DNA of 64,000 nucleotides, taken from Pelagomonas calceolata. Lineage: Eukaryota. A model generated the notes under the pieces. That model was not told the DNA's origin, did no database searches, and was given only the letters and a program-made list of their open reading frames with translations. Positions 51,536 through 61,172 of this stretch are shown here, in pieces. The stretch covers positions 1,302,001 to 1,366,000 of the forward strand of contig CAKKNE010000001.1 of NCBI GenBank assembly GCA_918797485.1. The letters are read 5' to 3'. The translations under genes were made by a program, and so were the position numbers. Position 1 is the stretch's first letter, and the number at the start of each line of letters is the position of its first letter.

Positions 51536-51939
51536 CCTATCTGGTGCTTTGCTGCCCCGGCCTGCTGAGGTTCGTTTCTGAGGCTGCCTTTCGCAGATAG
51601 CGTGGGTGCTGTGCTTCGACAAAGTCCCCAGTGGCCGCTCGACCGCTTGTCAGCGCTTTCAGGCCGATTGCGCTGCGCAGACCTTCGCAACCGCTGCCCG
51701 AGGCGGCGCGAGCCGCTGCCCGAGGCGGCCGGCGGCCCGGCGCCCGCGTGGGCGAGCTGATGCCAGTTTCGTCTAGAGGGGTTAGAGCTGTCGCAGAACA
51801 GTGCGGCGCCGCCGAACGGCCCTGCTCCCGGCGGCGGGCCGGCGCATCTGGCCGGCGCGTCCATTTATGTACTAGTACAACAAAAACTCTAAAACAAAAC
51901 GATTATGTTAGGCGGACGAAGTGAGTGAGTGAGTGTGAG

Positions 51940-53652
51940 CTAGTGGGTATTCCGCTTGAGCCCGAAGAACGCCAGGAGCCGGAACGCGACGGCAAAACCA
52001 GCTAATACAGCAAGATCGGCCCCCACGCTCGAACGGCGGATCCGCGCGTCAATTAACGCGCTCTCGCGCAGCACCGTACACCTCCCCGCGGCGCAGTCGT
52101 AGTGCGCGCCCTTGTATTCGATCTTGAGGAGCGCGCCGTACGCGTAGCGCGTGAAACTCAAATCTCCAAACCATTTCAACCAGACCGGCACGCCGCGCAC
52201 GTAGAACCCGCCGCACATCATCGTCGCCAGCATAAAAACCGTTTGTAATGTAGTAGCGCGCTTCAGATTCATGATCCACGCGCCAATACATAATCCCGCG
52301 GAGTGGGCACATAACGAGTTTAGGAAGAGCGTGAGCAGATGCCAGCCGACCTCTGATGGCCTTAAACCAGCAGCAAAGTAGTAGATCAACGATAATAAAG
52401 GCGACATTAACACAATAGTGAGCGTGTCCACGGACGTCCTTGCTAAGAAGTAGGCGCTGATGGAGTATAATCCAGCCGCGCGCTCTTTGGTGACGACGAC
52501 GCGATCCGCCGGAAACGTATACAACGCCAAGATCATGAGCTGGAAGGCCCAATAAACAGGACTCAAAAACAACAACCCCGAGATGTCCCGTACTGACGTT
52601 TCGGTCCGCGGCCGCTTCGACCCTTGGCCCGACCATAAAGTTGCAGATAATAACATGACGCTGAACATGTTCGCCAGGAGCATGGGGTCCACGAGATCCA
52701 GCCGGTGCGCGAGGAAGCAGCGCTTTAGTAGTATGATGAATTGCGACAGCCAGGGCAAAGCTGGCCCGGCCTCCTCTGATATACTGATGGTGCCAGTAGT
52801 AGCCGCCGCCTCGCGCGCGGTCGCCTGTTTCGCGTCGTCGCCACAAATGACTTCCATCAAATAATCGGCAATGGGCATGCCCTTCGGCGGCGGTTTCGGG
52901 GCGATCGCCGCGACCGCGTTTTGCGGGTCGCCGGCGTACGAGGCCTCGCCGTCCCGCAGCAATAGTAGCGAATCAAACCCCAGAAACATGGCGTCGGTAG
53001 GTTGGTGGAGCGTCGCGAGCACGGCGACGCCGCGCGTCGACAGGTCTTTGAGGATGCGAAAGATCTTCGCGGCCGCGTGGCTATCCAATCCGGAAGTGGG
53101 CTCGTCCAGCAAAACTAAACCAGGATCCAACAAAAGCTCGTGGCCGATGGAGACGCGCCGCCGCTGGCCGCCCGAGATCTCCCTTCTTATGTTCGCGCCT
53201 CCGATCGCTTGGTCGGCGCACTTGTCTAGATTTAGTTCGTGGAGCATTAGTGATGCTCGTGCGGCCGGGTCGGGCTCGCCTCTTAATGCTGCGGCAAATG
53301 TCAAAGTTTGGCGCACGGTCAGGTCTTTTAGTAGAGCATCCTCCTGTTCCACAAAGGCCACGCGCCGCTTATGCCGCGAGCGGTCCCAGGCCTCGCCGTC
53401 GTAGCGCACGGAGCCTCTTAGGACACGTAATTGCGACGGGAAGCGCGCCGACACGGTGCCGAGCAGCGTGCTTTTACCAGAGCCGGACGGGCCCAGCACC
53501 GCCGTCAGCGCGCCGGCGCTCGCGCCTCCCGTCAAGTTGCGGAGGACGGGCACGCGCTTGGGGCCGACGCCGACGGTCAGGTCCTGCCATTGCACGCTCA
53601 AGCCCGCTGTCTGTTCCTGCTTTTGCTCAGCTAGGGAGGCTGGCCGGCACAT
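51940..53652 (-). CDS. ABCG half-transporter (NBD-TMD)
   Basis: GPSGSGKST, ISGGQRRRVSIG, LLDEPTSGLDS, TLHQP and ERAAGLY, followed by a multi-TM C-terminus. Confidence 0.93.
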   Translation of the reverse strand: MCRPASLAEQKQEQTAGLSVQWQDLTVGVGPKRVPVLRNLTGGASAGALTAVLGPSGSGKSTLLGTVSARFPSQLRVLRGSVRYDGEAWDRSRHKRRVAFVEQEDALLKDLTVRQTLTFAAALRGEPDPAARASLMLHELNLDKCADQAIGGANIRREISGGQRRRVSIGHELLLDPGLVLLDEPTSGLDSHAAAKIFRILKDLSTRGVAVLATLHQPTDAMFLGFDSLLLLRDGEASYAGDPQNAVAAIAPKPPPKGMPIADYLMEVICGDDAKQATAREAAATTGTISISEEAGPALPWLSQFIILLKRCFLAHRLDLVDPMLLANMFSVMLLSATLWSGQGSKRPRTETSVRDISGLLFLSPVYWAFQLMILALYTFPADRVVVTKERAAGLYSISAYFLARTSVDTLTIVLMSPLLSLIYYFAAGLRPSEVGWHLLTLFLNSLCAHSAGLCIGAWIMNLKRATTLQTVFMLATMMCGGFYVRGVPVWLKWFGDLSFTRYAYGALLKIEYKGAHYDCAAGRCTVLRESALIDARIRRSSVGADLAVLAGFAVAFRLLAFFGLKRNTH

Positions 53653-54067
53653 GATGCTGTCTCTGTGCTCGGTCTGACAGCGATTTCGAGCAGCGATTCG
53701 TCGCAGCACGATGAGTGCTATTACAGCGGTCCTAATTCTCGGCTGTCGGCTGCGCTGGACAGCAATGCAAGTGCTCTGCGCTGTTTTGAAGTGCGTGTTG
53801 AGCGCTAGCTTGACATACTAGTTTCGACGGCTCTTGTTTCAGTTCTCTTGAGGGGCAATAGAGAGCCGTCTGAGGACCCTTGTTGAGGCTGCTCTCTCAG
53901 AGTGGGAAAAATAGGCATTGTCTGCGTTGGCAAGTTTGAGCGTGCTGCAAACGCCGGCCAAGTGCAACGCACTAGCCGAACGCATACACAGAACACGTAA
54001 GCGTCACCGGCTTACTCTCGCGAAACCGATTTGGCACACTTGCAAAGCGAAAAAACGACGAGCAGCC

Positions 54068-54988
54068 ATGCTCGGCCAACCCGCAGCGTGCATATTGCTC
54101 CTCACGACGGGCGCCACGGCGTTCGACTACCTCGCGTCGCTGACCGTGCAGGACGCGGCAACCGTGGCTAAGCCGGCGGCCAAAGACCCTGCGACCTACC
54201 TCGAGTCGCTTCCGACGCCGAAGGCCGCCACTATCAAAGAGGCCGTCGCCGCCGCGCCCGTGCTCGTTCCACGCACGGACCCGTTCTCGAACCCGAAGGC
54301 CGAGGCGCGCCAGGAGGCGTCGACGACGTGGGACGCGGCCCGGCGCAAGGCCCAGGACGACGGCCCGAAGGCGGATTACGCGGCGCGCGCCAGGGAGTGG
54401 GTGCTGAACGACGGTTTCCACGCGCCGGCCAAGGCGTCGCTCATGGCCGACGATTTTGTGTGGTTCGGTCCGATCGTGGGACCGCTCAACAAGCAGGACT
54501 TCCTCCGCACCGTCGACATGTTTAAAGTGTACGAGGGCTTCCCGGACCTCAAAATGCACCTCGCCGAGTTCACGCGGGACCCGGTCGAGGAGAATAGATA
54601 CTGGAGCATTTTGCGCCTCGAGGGCACGAACACGGAGCCCCAGGCCTCGGGCACCGGTTTTTCGTACAAGCCGACCAACAACAAGCTGGACGTCGGGCCG
54701 CAGTGCATCTCGGTCACGTTCGACGCGGACGGGCGCGTGTCGCGGTACACGGGCGGGTACGTCGTGGACCGCACCCAGGGCAAAACGGGTATGCTCGGCG
54801 CAATGTTCGCAATCACCAAAACGGTGGGCGGCTTCGTCCCTTCGCTGCGCGTGGCCAAGATCCTCAATGCCATCGGCGCGCGGCTGAAGAATTTCCCCAA
54901 GGCCCGGAGCCACCGGGATGATCTCCCCGCGAAGTGGCGGTCGCTGGGGCGCCGGTTCGGAAAGCGCACAGCCGAGGCGTGGGATTAA
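54068..54988 (+). CDS. SnoaL/NTF2-like protein, probably plastid-targeted
   Basis: Signal peptide plus ATAF; MADDFVWFGPIVGPLNKQDF, EGFPDL and GGYVVDRTQGKTGMLGAMF. Confidence 0.7.
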   Translation: MLGQPAACILLLTTGATAFDYLASLTVQDAATVAKPAAKDPATYLESLPTPKAATIKEAVAAAPVLVPRTDPFSNPKAEARQEASTTWDAARRKAQDDGPKADYAARAREWVLNDGFHAPAKASLMADDFVWFGPIVGPLNKQDFLRTVDMFKVYEGFPDLKMHLAEFTRDPVEENRYWSILRLEGTNTEPQASGTGFSYKPTNNKLDVGPQCISVTFDADGRVSRYTGGYVVDRTQGKTGMLGAMFAITKTVGGFVPSLRVAKILNAIGARLKNFPKARSHRDDLPAKWRSLGRRFGKRTAEAWD

Positions 54989-55040
54989 GCATTAGTAGAC
55001 ACGGAGGTATGCGCTCTTTGCCACGCGATGTGTAACAATT

Positions 55041-55062
55041 GCTAGTGTCTTTGTTCGCTAGC
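55041..55062 (-). promoter_or_regulatory. Upstream motif copy (before methyltransferase 55297)
   Basis: Reverse complement GCTAGCGAACAAAGACACTAGC. Confidence 0.55.
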
Positions 55063-55296
55063 TCAAAGCGTCGTCGCGAGCGTGTACCACTGCATGAGGC
55101 GCTGCAAATTAGCGCATCATCTATCATTACCGTGCCCACGACCTGCTGATCGCGGCTGAGCCATCGCTGCGATAGGTGCAGGGCTCGTTTGCAGGGGCCA
55201 CTGTGAGAGCAAATATATATATATTTGATCAAACACCATCGCAGCGTGCCCCATCTGTGCGAACGAAAATCATCTGCGGGAGCATTGATCAAAAGA

Positions 55297-56178
55297 ATGA
55301 GTGCGCTGCAAGCGGCGGTGTGCCCAGACGGTCTGGAGGCCATCGTCGGCGCCGACGACGCTAAATGGCTCACAAATGAAGCCCGCAAAGCGAAGGAGCG
55401 CGTGGAGCGCTACGACGGCGCCGACGGCGCCGCGGCGCTCTTTGATGAGGAGGACGCGAGCGACGGCGGGTGCGAGGGCGGTGACGGCTGGATGGAATGG
55501 CTCGACCTCTTCTTCGTGGCCTCCGCGGTGCAGTGGCCGCCGGCGCCGTATTTAAAGTACCATAGCTCGATCGGCGCGATTGGCCACGGCGACGTCGTCT
55601 GGGCCGCGGGCGAGGAGCTGGCGCGGCGGATCCTCGCGCACGAGGCGCCGTTCGAGGCCGTAGGCATGGGCACGCGCGTGCTCGAGATGGGCGCGGGCTG
55701 CGGCCTGCCGTCGCTCGCGGCGGCGCACGGCGGCGCCGACGTCGTCGCGACGGACGCGCCCGTCGCCGGCGGCATCGTCGCGCTCGCGGCGACGGCGCGC
55801 AGGATGGGGCCGACCTTCGACGGGCGGCTCCGCGTCCGGCGGCTCGACTGGGGCGACGCCGCGCGGGAGGGTCCGTTCGACGTCGTATTAATGGCCGACA
55901 TCATCTACGCGCCGTCCGCGCATGAGAAGCTACTGGACACGCTCCGGGGCGTCTTCGAGGCCAACCCCAAGGCCGTCGCCGTCGTCGCGTTCTGTTTGCA
56001 TGGGAACGCGCCGGACGACAAGGTCATGGCGTTCTTCGACCGCGCGCGCGAACGCGGCCTGACAGCGACGGAGGTCGACGTCGTCCAGCGCGGCGCCTCC
56101 GAGTCGATGCGAGGCGTCATCATGGCTACGGACCCGAAGCGGGCGCGCGTGCATACGTGGGTGTTGAGGCTAAGTTAA
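55297..56178 (+). CDS. Lysine methyltransferase family 16 (METTL21/EFM7-like)
   Basis: GDVVWAAG, RVLEMGAGCGLPSL, VVATD, LDWG and DVVLMADIIY. Confidence 0.88.
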   Translation: MSALQAAVCPDGLEAIVGADDAKWLTNEARKAKERVERYDGADGAAALFDEEDASDGGCEGGDGWMEWLDLFFVASAVQWPPAPYLKYHSSIGAIGHGDVVWAAGEELARRILAHEAPFEAVGMGTRVLEMGAGCGLPSLAAAHGGADVVATDAPVAGGIVALAATARRMGPTFDGRLRVRRLDWGDAAREGPFDVVLMADIIYAPSAHEKLLDTLRGVFEANPKAVAVVAFCLHGNAPDDKVMAFFDRARERGLTATEVDVVQRGASESMRGVIMATDPKRARVHTWVLRLS

Positions 56179-56180
56179 CA

Positions 56181-57533
56181 CTACTTATCCAGCTCCCAGA
56201 ACCCACACATCCCGCACAAGGGATGCGTCGGTTTTTCGAGAGGCTTCACCTTCCGCAGCTTGATGCGGTTCTTCGACCGGTGCGGGTCGCGCTTGCCGAC
56301 CAAACGCGAAAAGGGCGTCGCGTCTAAGACATCCTCGACGGAGTTGTCGTCGTCGTCGACGACGATGATCTTGGGCTTCCTCTTCTTCTTCTTTCGTTTG
56401 GCGATTGGTATTTGCCCTTTTGGTAATGTGCCGAGCGCCCAGTCCCGCAGCGCCGTGAACGCGACGTCCCGGCGCGACGCGAAGCCGTGGTCCGCGCCGG
56501 ACACTATCGTTAATGAACTGCCTCTGCTTTTTTTTCGGGCCAGAGCTTTCGCGTGCAGGAACTCCGAGATTTGCAGCGCGACGTTGCCGTCCCTCGAACC
56601 GTGTAAGAACAGGCACGGGCAACTTGATCGATCGATGCACGGCGGCGTCGACAGGTTCCGCAAGTCGTACGCGTCGCCGCCGAAGGCATGGCCCGCGATC
56701 GTCGCCGTGCCGCCGATTCTATGTCCGAGCCCCTTGCGTTGCAACCTATCCAAGCACGCCCAGCCCACAGCCCCGCCAAACCCATGGCCGACGATCAGCA
56801 CGTACGCGCGCGGGTACTGCTCCATCAACCAAGCACACGCGATGAACGCGTCGTCGACCGCCGTCTCCAGACTACCTTGCCTTGCCAATTTCATCTTTTT
56901 CTTCCGCACGGCCGACCAGTCCAGGATCAAGGATGAAACATCACCAGACACAAACTCCTCGACAAATTTACCGTGGTGGTTCGTCTGCCACTTCAATTGA
57001 CTCCCGGTGTCTTCGTACGACCACGTATGACAACGGCCCGTCGCAAGTTCATGTGCTAATCGTAAAAAGAGGGCCCCTCTGCCTCTTTGAGTGTGGCATT
57101 TCTCTAAAGCTTGGGGGTACCTTGCTACTCCCGGTCCGAGGCCGCCGTCCGAGCTCGGGAGCAGCAGTGCCACTGCTTTTGGTGAGGAGTCGCGGGGCCA
57201 GAAATGCAAACCTCGCGTGCTCCCGAGCTCGCGCCAGGCGCACCTGAGCAGAGACGGGTCCTCGGCGGGCGCCGGCGCCGGCGCGCCCGCACATGCAAGA
57301 GTACCATCATAATCCGGCGCGGGCGCCTCGTCGTCAAAAAAGGCCTCGACGGGGCTTCTAGCTTCCTCGTCTCCTCTAGAAGGCGACGCGAGGCCTTCGG
57401 GCTCGTCGCGCTCGCGCGAGTCGAGGAGCCGCTGCGCATCCACTCTAAGCTCCCTCACGTCCTTGACGCGCGGGTCGTCGCTCGTCGGGACGGAGACGTG
57501 GGTCCGCACGCTTGAAGGCGTCCGGTACGCCAT
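56181..57533 (-). CDS. Alpha/beta-hydrolase-fold protein lacking the nucleophile Ser
   Basis: LIVGHGFGGAV (GxSxG expected), CPCLFLHGSRDGNV and GADHGF. Confidence 0.8.
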   Translation of the reverse strand: MAYRTPSSVRTHVSVPTSDDPRVKDVRELRVDAQRLLDSRERDEPEGLASPSRGDEEARSPVEAFFDDEAPAPDYDGTLACAGAPAPAPAEDPSLLRCAWRELGSTRGLHFWPRDSSPKAVALLLPSSDGGLGPGVARYPQALEKCHTQRGRGALFLRLAHELATGRCHTWSYEDTGSQLKWQTNHHGKFVEEFVSGDVSSLILDWSAVRKKKMKLARQGSLETAVDDAFIACAWLMEQYPRAYVLIVGHGFGGAVGWACLDRLQRKGLGHRIGGTATIAGHAFGGDAYDLRNLSTPPCIDRSSCPCLFLHGSRDGNVALQISEFLHAKALARKKSRGSSLTIVSGADHGFASRRDVAFTALRDWALGTLPKGQIPIAKRKKKKRKPKIIVVDDDDNSVEDVLDATPFSRLVGKRDPHRSKNRIKLRKVKPLEKPTHPLCGMCGFWELDK

Positions 57534-57713
57534 GCGCTCGCGTCGACGGCGTCACGGCGCCCTCACCGAGGCTGGAGGCTCCTACTCCTTCTCCGGGTCA
57601 GCGTTTGCCCAAGGGCAGCCACCGGCGGACGTGGGCAGGAATTTGGACGGCGTAAAACGCAGCCTTGTCGGAAGAGGTGTCCAATATGGTCTCAGCTCCA
57701 ACGCCGAGCTGTT

Positions 57714-57736
57714 GCTAGTGTCTTACTGCCGCTAGC
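57714..57736 (-). promoter_or_regulatory. Upstream motif copy (divergent gap 57533/57895)
   Basis: Reverse complement GCTAGCGGCAGTAAGACACTAGC. Confidence 0.6.
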
Positions 57737-57894
57737 ATGCGCACGGCGAAGAAAAGTCTAACAGCGGGTCATCATCATAGAACCCCTCTTAATGCACGCG
57801 CGATGGCTGCCCAATCGACCCCCCACGGGTACAAGTCCGAAATTCCCCCACTTGGCATCAGCCTGCGAGGCTGCCCCGCAGCGCATATATAGCA

Positions 57895-59267
57895 ATGCGG
57901 CGCATCACACTCCTCCTCGCCGCCGCGGCCGTATCAGCAGAGTACTTTGATGTGGAGGAGGACGCCTTCTGGGAGAACGACGGCCCGCAGGAGCCGCGCA
58001 AGACGGTCAAGCCCAAGACGACGGCGCCGCGCATCGCGAAGCGCGACCGGGCGCAATTATCATTGAACCAGATGGTGACGTTTGCGTCCCAGGGCTGGAT
58101 CCGGTGTGTCAAGTGCATTCCTGAATTACGCGATCCGGGCGTCGCTGCGGCGTTGGACCGCGGCTACGAAGCGACATTGCGGCAGTACGCGAGGTATGCT
58201 CCCTCGTTCATGTTAGATCGGTTCGACGTCGACGTCCACGAACACAACGAGGAGTGCGGTCCCGTGGTTATGGAGCTGCTCGATCAGGGTCGAAGGGGCG
58301 TCGAGGAGTACCTGGATCGGCTACGGTGTTCCGTGCGCATAGGACGGCACTATTCGAACGTGTCCTTGCCTTATTTTCAGGGCTTGAACGTGCATCGCGT
58401 CGAAAGTGTTGTTGAGTCTGTCGCGACGACGAAAGCACTAGGCTTGGCCGCTGCCAGTCTGTTACAAGCCGCCAAGGTTCGGTTGTACCAGACGGCCATG
58501 TTCGTGAAGGATCCGGCCCATGGCGCTGGCTTAAATAATGCGACAGGATGGCACCGCGACTTGCAGTTGGTACCTTTGGATACGCGAGGTAGAGGTTATG
58601 TGACCTTCTGGTGCCCCTACGAGCGCCCATTAGGCGAAGGGGATTCCTTCCTGCACTTCGCCGTCGGTTCCCAACGAGACATTGGGTTTGAGTACTGGTA
58701 CGGCAACCCGGAAAAATTAGGACCGCTCATAGCAGCTAGATACGCCATTACGAGAGTCGCGTCATTGGATGTGGGCGACTGCACGGCCCACGACGGCTGG
58801 ACGTTCCACACGGCGCCGCCGCAGGATCCGTCGCGGGGCGCGCGCAAGGCCGTGGCTTTCTGTGTGGAAATCAAAATATTACGGCGCGTTCGCCATCGAC
58901 GCGATGCCTGCTCGATGGCGTGGCGGCGCCGGTTCCTCACCGCTCGACGGAGCCAGCACGGCAGCGTGTGCACCCGACACACTGGTTGATTTCCACACAG
59001 GTGGCGTTTTCGTTCGTGACGACGGACGCGATACCTCTCCCGGACTTGGACGCGGAGAATATACGTGTGGACCGGCCGGATAGGGTCTTCGTGAGGGAGG
59101 ACGAGATCGGGTGGCGCGACTTCTATGACGACTTGGAGCCCTTCGAGCCCGTCGACCATGAATTACTACCCATGGTCTTCGAAGATACGCGGGCGACGAA
59201 TTTGCCCGCGCCCGGCGGCAAGCAGTCTCTGCTGAATGCTGCTAGGGCGGCGGGGGCGAACATCTAA
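57895..59267 (+). CDS. PhyH-like Fe(II)/2-oxoglutarate dioxygenase with signal peptide; 2 exons, ~407 aa
   Basis: FVKDP..TGWHRD, VTFWCP, GDCTAHDGWTFHTA..RKAVAFSF. Exons 57895-58851 and 59001-59267. Confidence 0.88.
58852..59000 (+). mobile_element. Introner intron C (149 bp)
   Basis: Perfect 15-bp TIRs spanning 58860-59000; TSD GTGGCTTT (58852-58859) / GTGGCGTT (59001-59008). Confidence 0.93.
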
Positions 59268-59308
59268 GCTTTCGTTTTACAGAACTTATACAAAACCAGG
59301 CAGGCGCA

Positions 59309-59331
59309 GCTAGCGCCTGTAAGACACTAGC
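59309..59331 (+). promoter_or_regulatory. Upstream motif copy (before UNC-93-like gene)
   Basis: GCTAGCGCCTGTAAGACACTAGC. Confidence 0.6.
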
Positions 59332-59481
59332 AAGCGGCAAGCCCTCTGCCAGGGTCTGCCTTTGCCGAAATCGGCGTGTTCACACAGCCAGCATCGTGCC
59401 TGAGTGTTTTTTCATCGCTGCGACCACTGCGGCCCGCGCACGCGCAAGGCCGTCGAGCACACAACAAACACCATAAACACC

Positions 59482-61110
59482 ATGGCATCCAGCCCACCCA
59501 TGGACCGGGCACTGATTAACCCATTGCACGACGGCGCCGCCGCGGACGACTCGGCGACCGAAATTACCGCCAAGAGCGCACAACGAGTCCTGCGCAACTT
59601 CCACGTGCTGGCGGCTGCTTTTAGCCTGAATCACGGCTGTGTGACCGCGCTTGTGGCGCTCGCCGCTTCCGAGCTCGGCCCATCCCTGGGAAACACGACA
59701 TTGTTCGTACTCTACGCATGCTACACACTCAGCGCCGCGTTCCTGAGCAATGGCCTCGTCGCGCGGCTCGGCGCGAAACGAACACTGGTCCTCAGCCTGG
59801 GCCTCTATTGTGTGTACGTCGCCTCGTATGCCGTGGCCTTCTTTACGCCGATAGACAACGTCGTTATCGTCGGGGCAGCGGTCGGCGGGGTCGCGGCCGG
59901 CTGCCTCTGGCCTGGCGCCTGTGCGGAAATCAACCAGTGACTCGGGTGCACTGCCGTGCTGGCCGAGTGGAGCGGTGCGAGACCTACACCGCCACGCCAT
60001 CGAGCCAGTATCGCGTCGATGAAGGTGCCGTGAAATTTTGATTTCTGCGCAGGCCAGCGCAGGGCGTCTTCTTCGCACGATCAGCTGAAGCATACGCCGA
60101 CGCCGCGAGTATCTCGCAAAAGGCCGCGACGGCGCTGCTGGGCGCGCACTTCTCGGCGGCCTACCTCGTCGGAGAGGTGGGGATGAAGCTTCTTGCTAGT
60201 GCTTTTGAGCCGGGCGGGCCCCTGTTCGTGGCGTACTCGTGCATCGCCGTCGGCGCGGCCCTGACCGTGGCTCGTTTCGTAGACGATGTCAGCGGCGACA
60301 CAACACCGCCACCGCCCTTCGCCGAGTCGGCGACGGCGGCTCTACGGCTGTTCCGCCGGTCGGCGCTGTGCCGTTTATTGGTGCCGACGAACCTCTGCTT
60401 CGGCCTCGCCGCTGCGTACTTAAATGGTTCGTTTCTGAGCGCCGTGGTCGCTGCGGGCATGGGTGAGTGGCTGTGCACTAATCAATCAGTGAGTCGGGTG
60501 CACGATGCGGCCGTGCTGGCTCCGTCGAGCGGTGAGGAACGGTATCGCCACGCCATCGAGCAGGCGCCGCGTCGATAGCATGGAGTCGACGCGAAAGAAG
60601 GCGCCGTGAAATTTTGATTTATGCACAGGCGAGCGGGCGGTAGGAGCTGTCTCCGCGGTCGTTGTTGCGTCCGCGGCGCTGCTAGCGTTGCCACTCGGCC
60701 GCCTCGGCCGCGCGCTCGGGACGCAGCGACCCGTGGTCGCGCTCGGAGGGGCCTGCTTTGGGCTCTTCGGCGTGGCGACGCTCATCTTTAGTAAGGAGAC
60801 GCTAGGATGTTGGCTGGCGAGTGTGGGGTTGGCCGTCGTCTTCGGCGCGGGCAGGGCGACCTGGGAAGGCAATTTCAAGAGCAGCGTGGCCGACGACTTT
60901 CACGACGCCGCGACAGCGGCGTTCGCCAACGTGACGGTGCAGTCCGGCCTCGCGTCGACCCTGGGCTTCCTGCTCAACCGGAGTCTAACGCCGCGGGCCG
61001 TGGCGACAGTTGTCGTGGCCTGCTCAGTGGCTGCGGGAAGCTCGCAGTTCGTCGCCGCGCGGATCCGCAGCGAGCCGCGGACGACCTACGCCGCGACCGA
61101 TGTTGTATAA
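59482..61110 (+). CDS. UNC-93-like MFS membrane protein; 3 exons, ~439 aa
   Basis: Many hydrophobic helices; splicing restores GGVAAGCLWPAQGVFF. Exons 59482-59909, 60053-60462 and 60629-61110. Confidence 0.82.
59910..60052 (+). mobile_element. Introner intron D (143 bp, predicted GC-AG)
   Basis: TIRs CTGTGCGGAAATCAA (from 59919) and TTGATTTCTGCGCAG (to 60052). Degenerate TSD GCCTGGCGC / GCCAGCGC. A GC donor at 59910 restores LWPAQG. Confidence 0.8.
60463..60628 (+). mobile_element. Introner intron E (166 bp)
   Basis: TIRs CTGTGCACTAATCAA (from 60471) and TTGATTTATGCACAG (to 60628). TSD GTGAGTGG / GCGAGCGG. The frame is restored (GMG-ERAV). Confidence 0.88.
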
Positions 61111-61172
61111 CTAGTAGTAGAAGTACAAGAGAAAACGGAGCCTTATGCTTCACGTTCAGGGGAAGGAGGAGC

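Noticed and set aside
53972..54969. Antisense ORFs over the SnoaL-like gene
   Set aside because: Shadow ORFs expected at high GC.
2674..59331. CRISPR-like or MITE interpretation of the recurring CTAG motif
   Set aside because: Copies are dispersed singly with no spacer array, TSD or shared wider flanks, and the context is eukaryotic.
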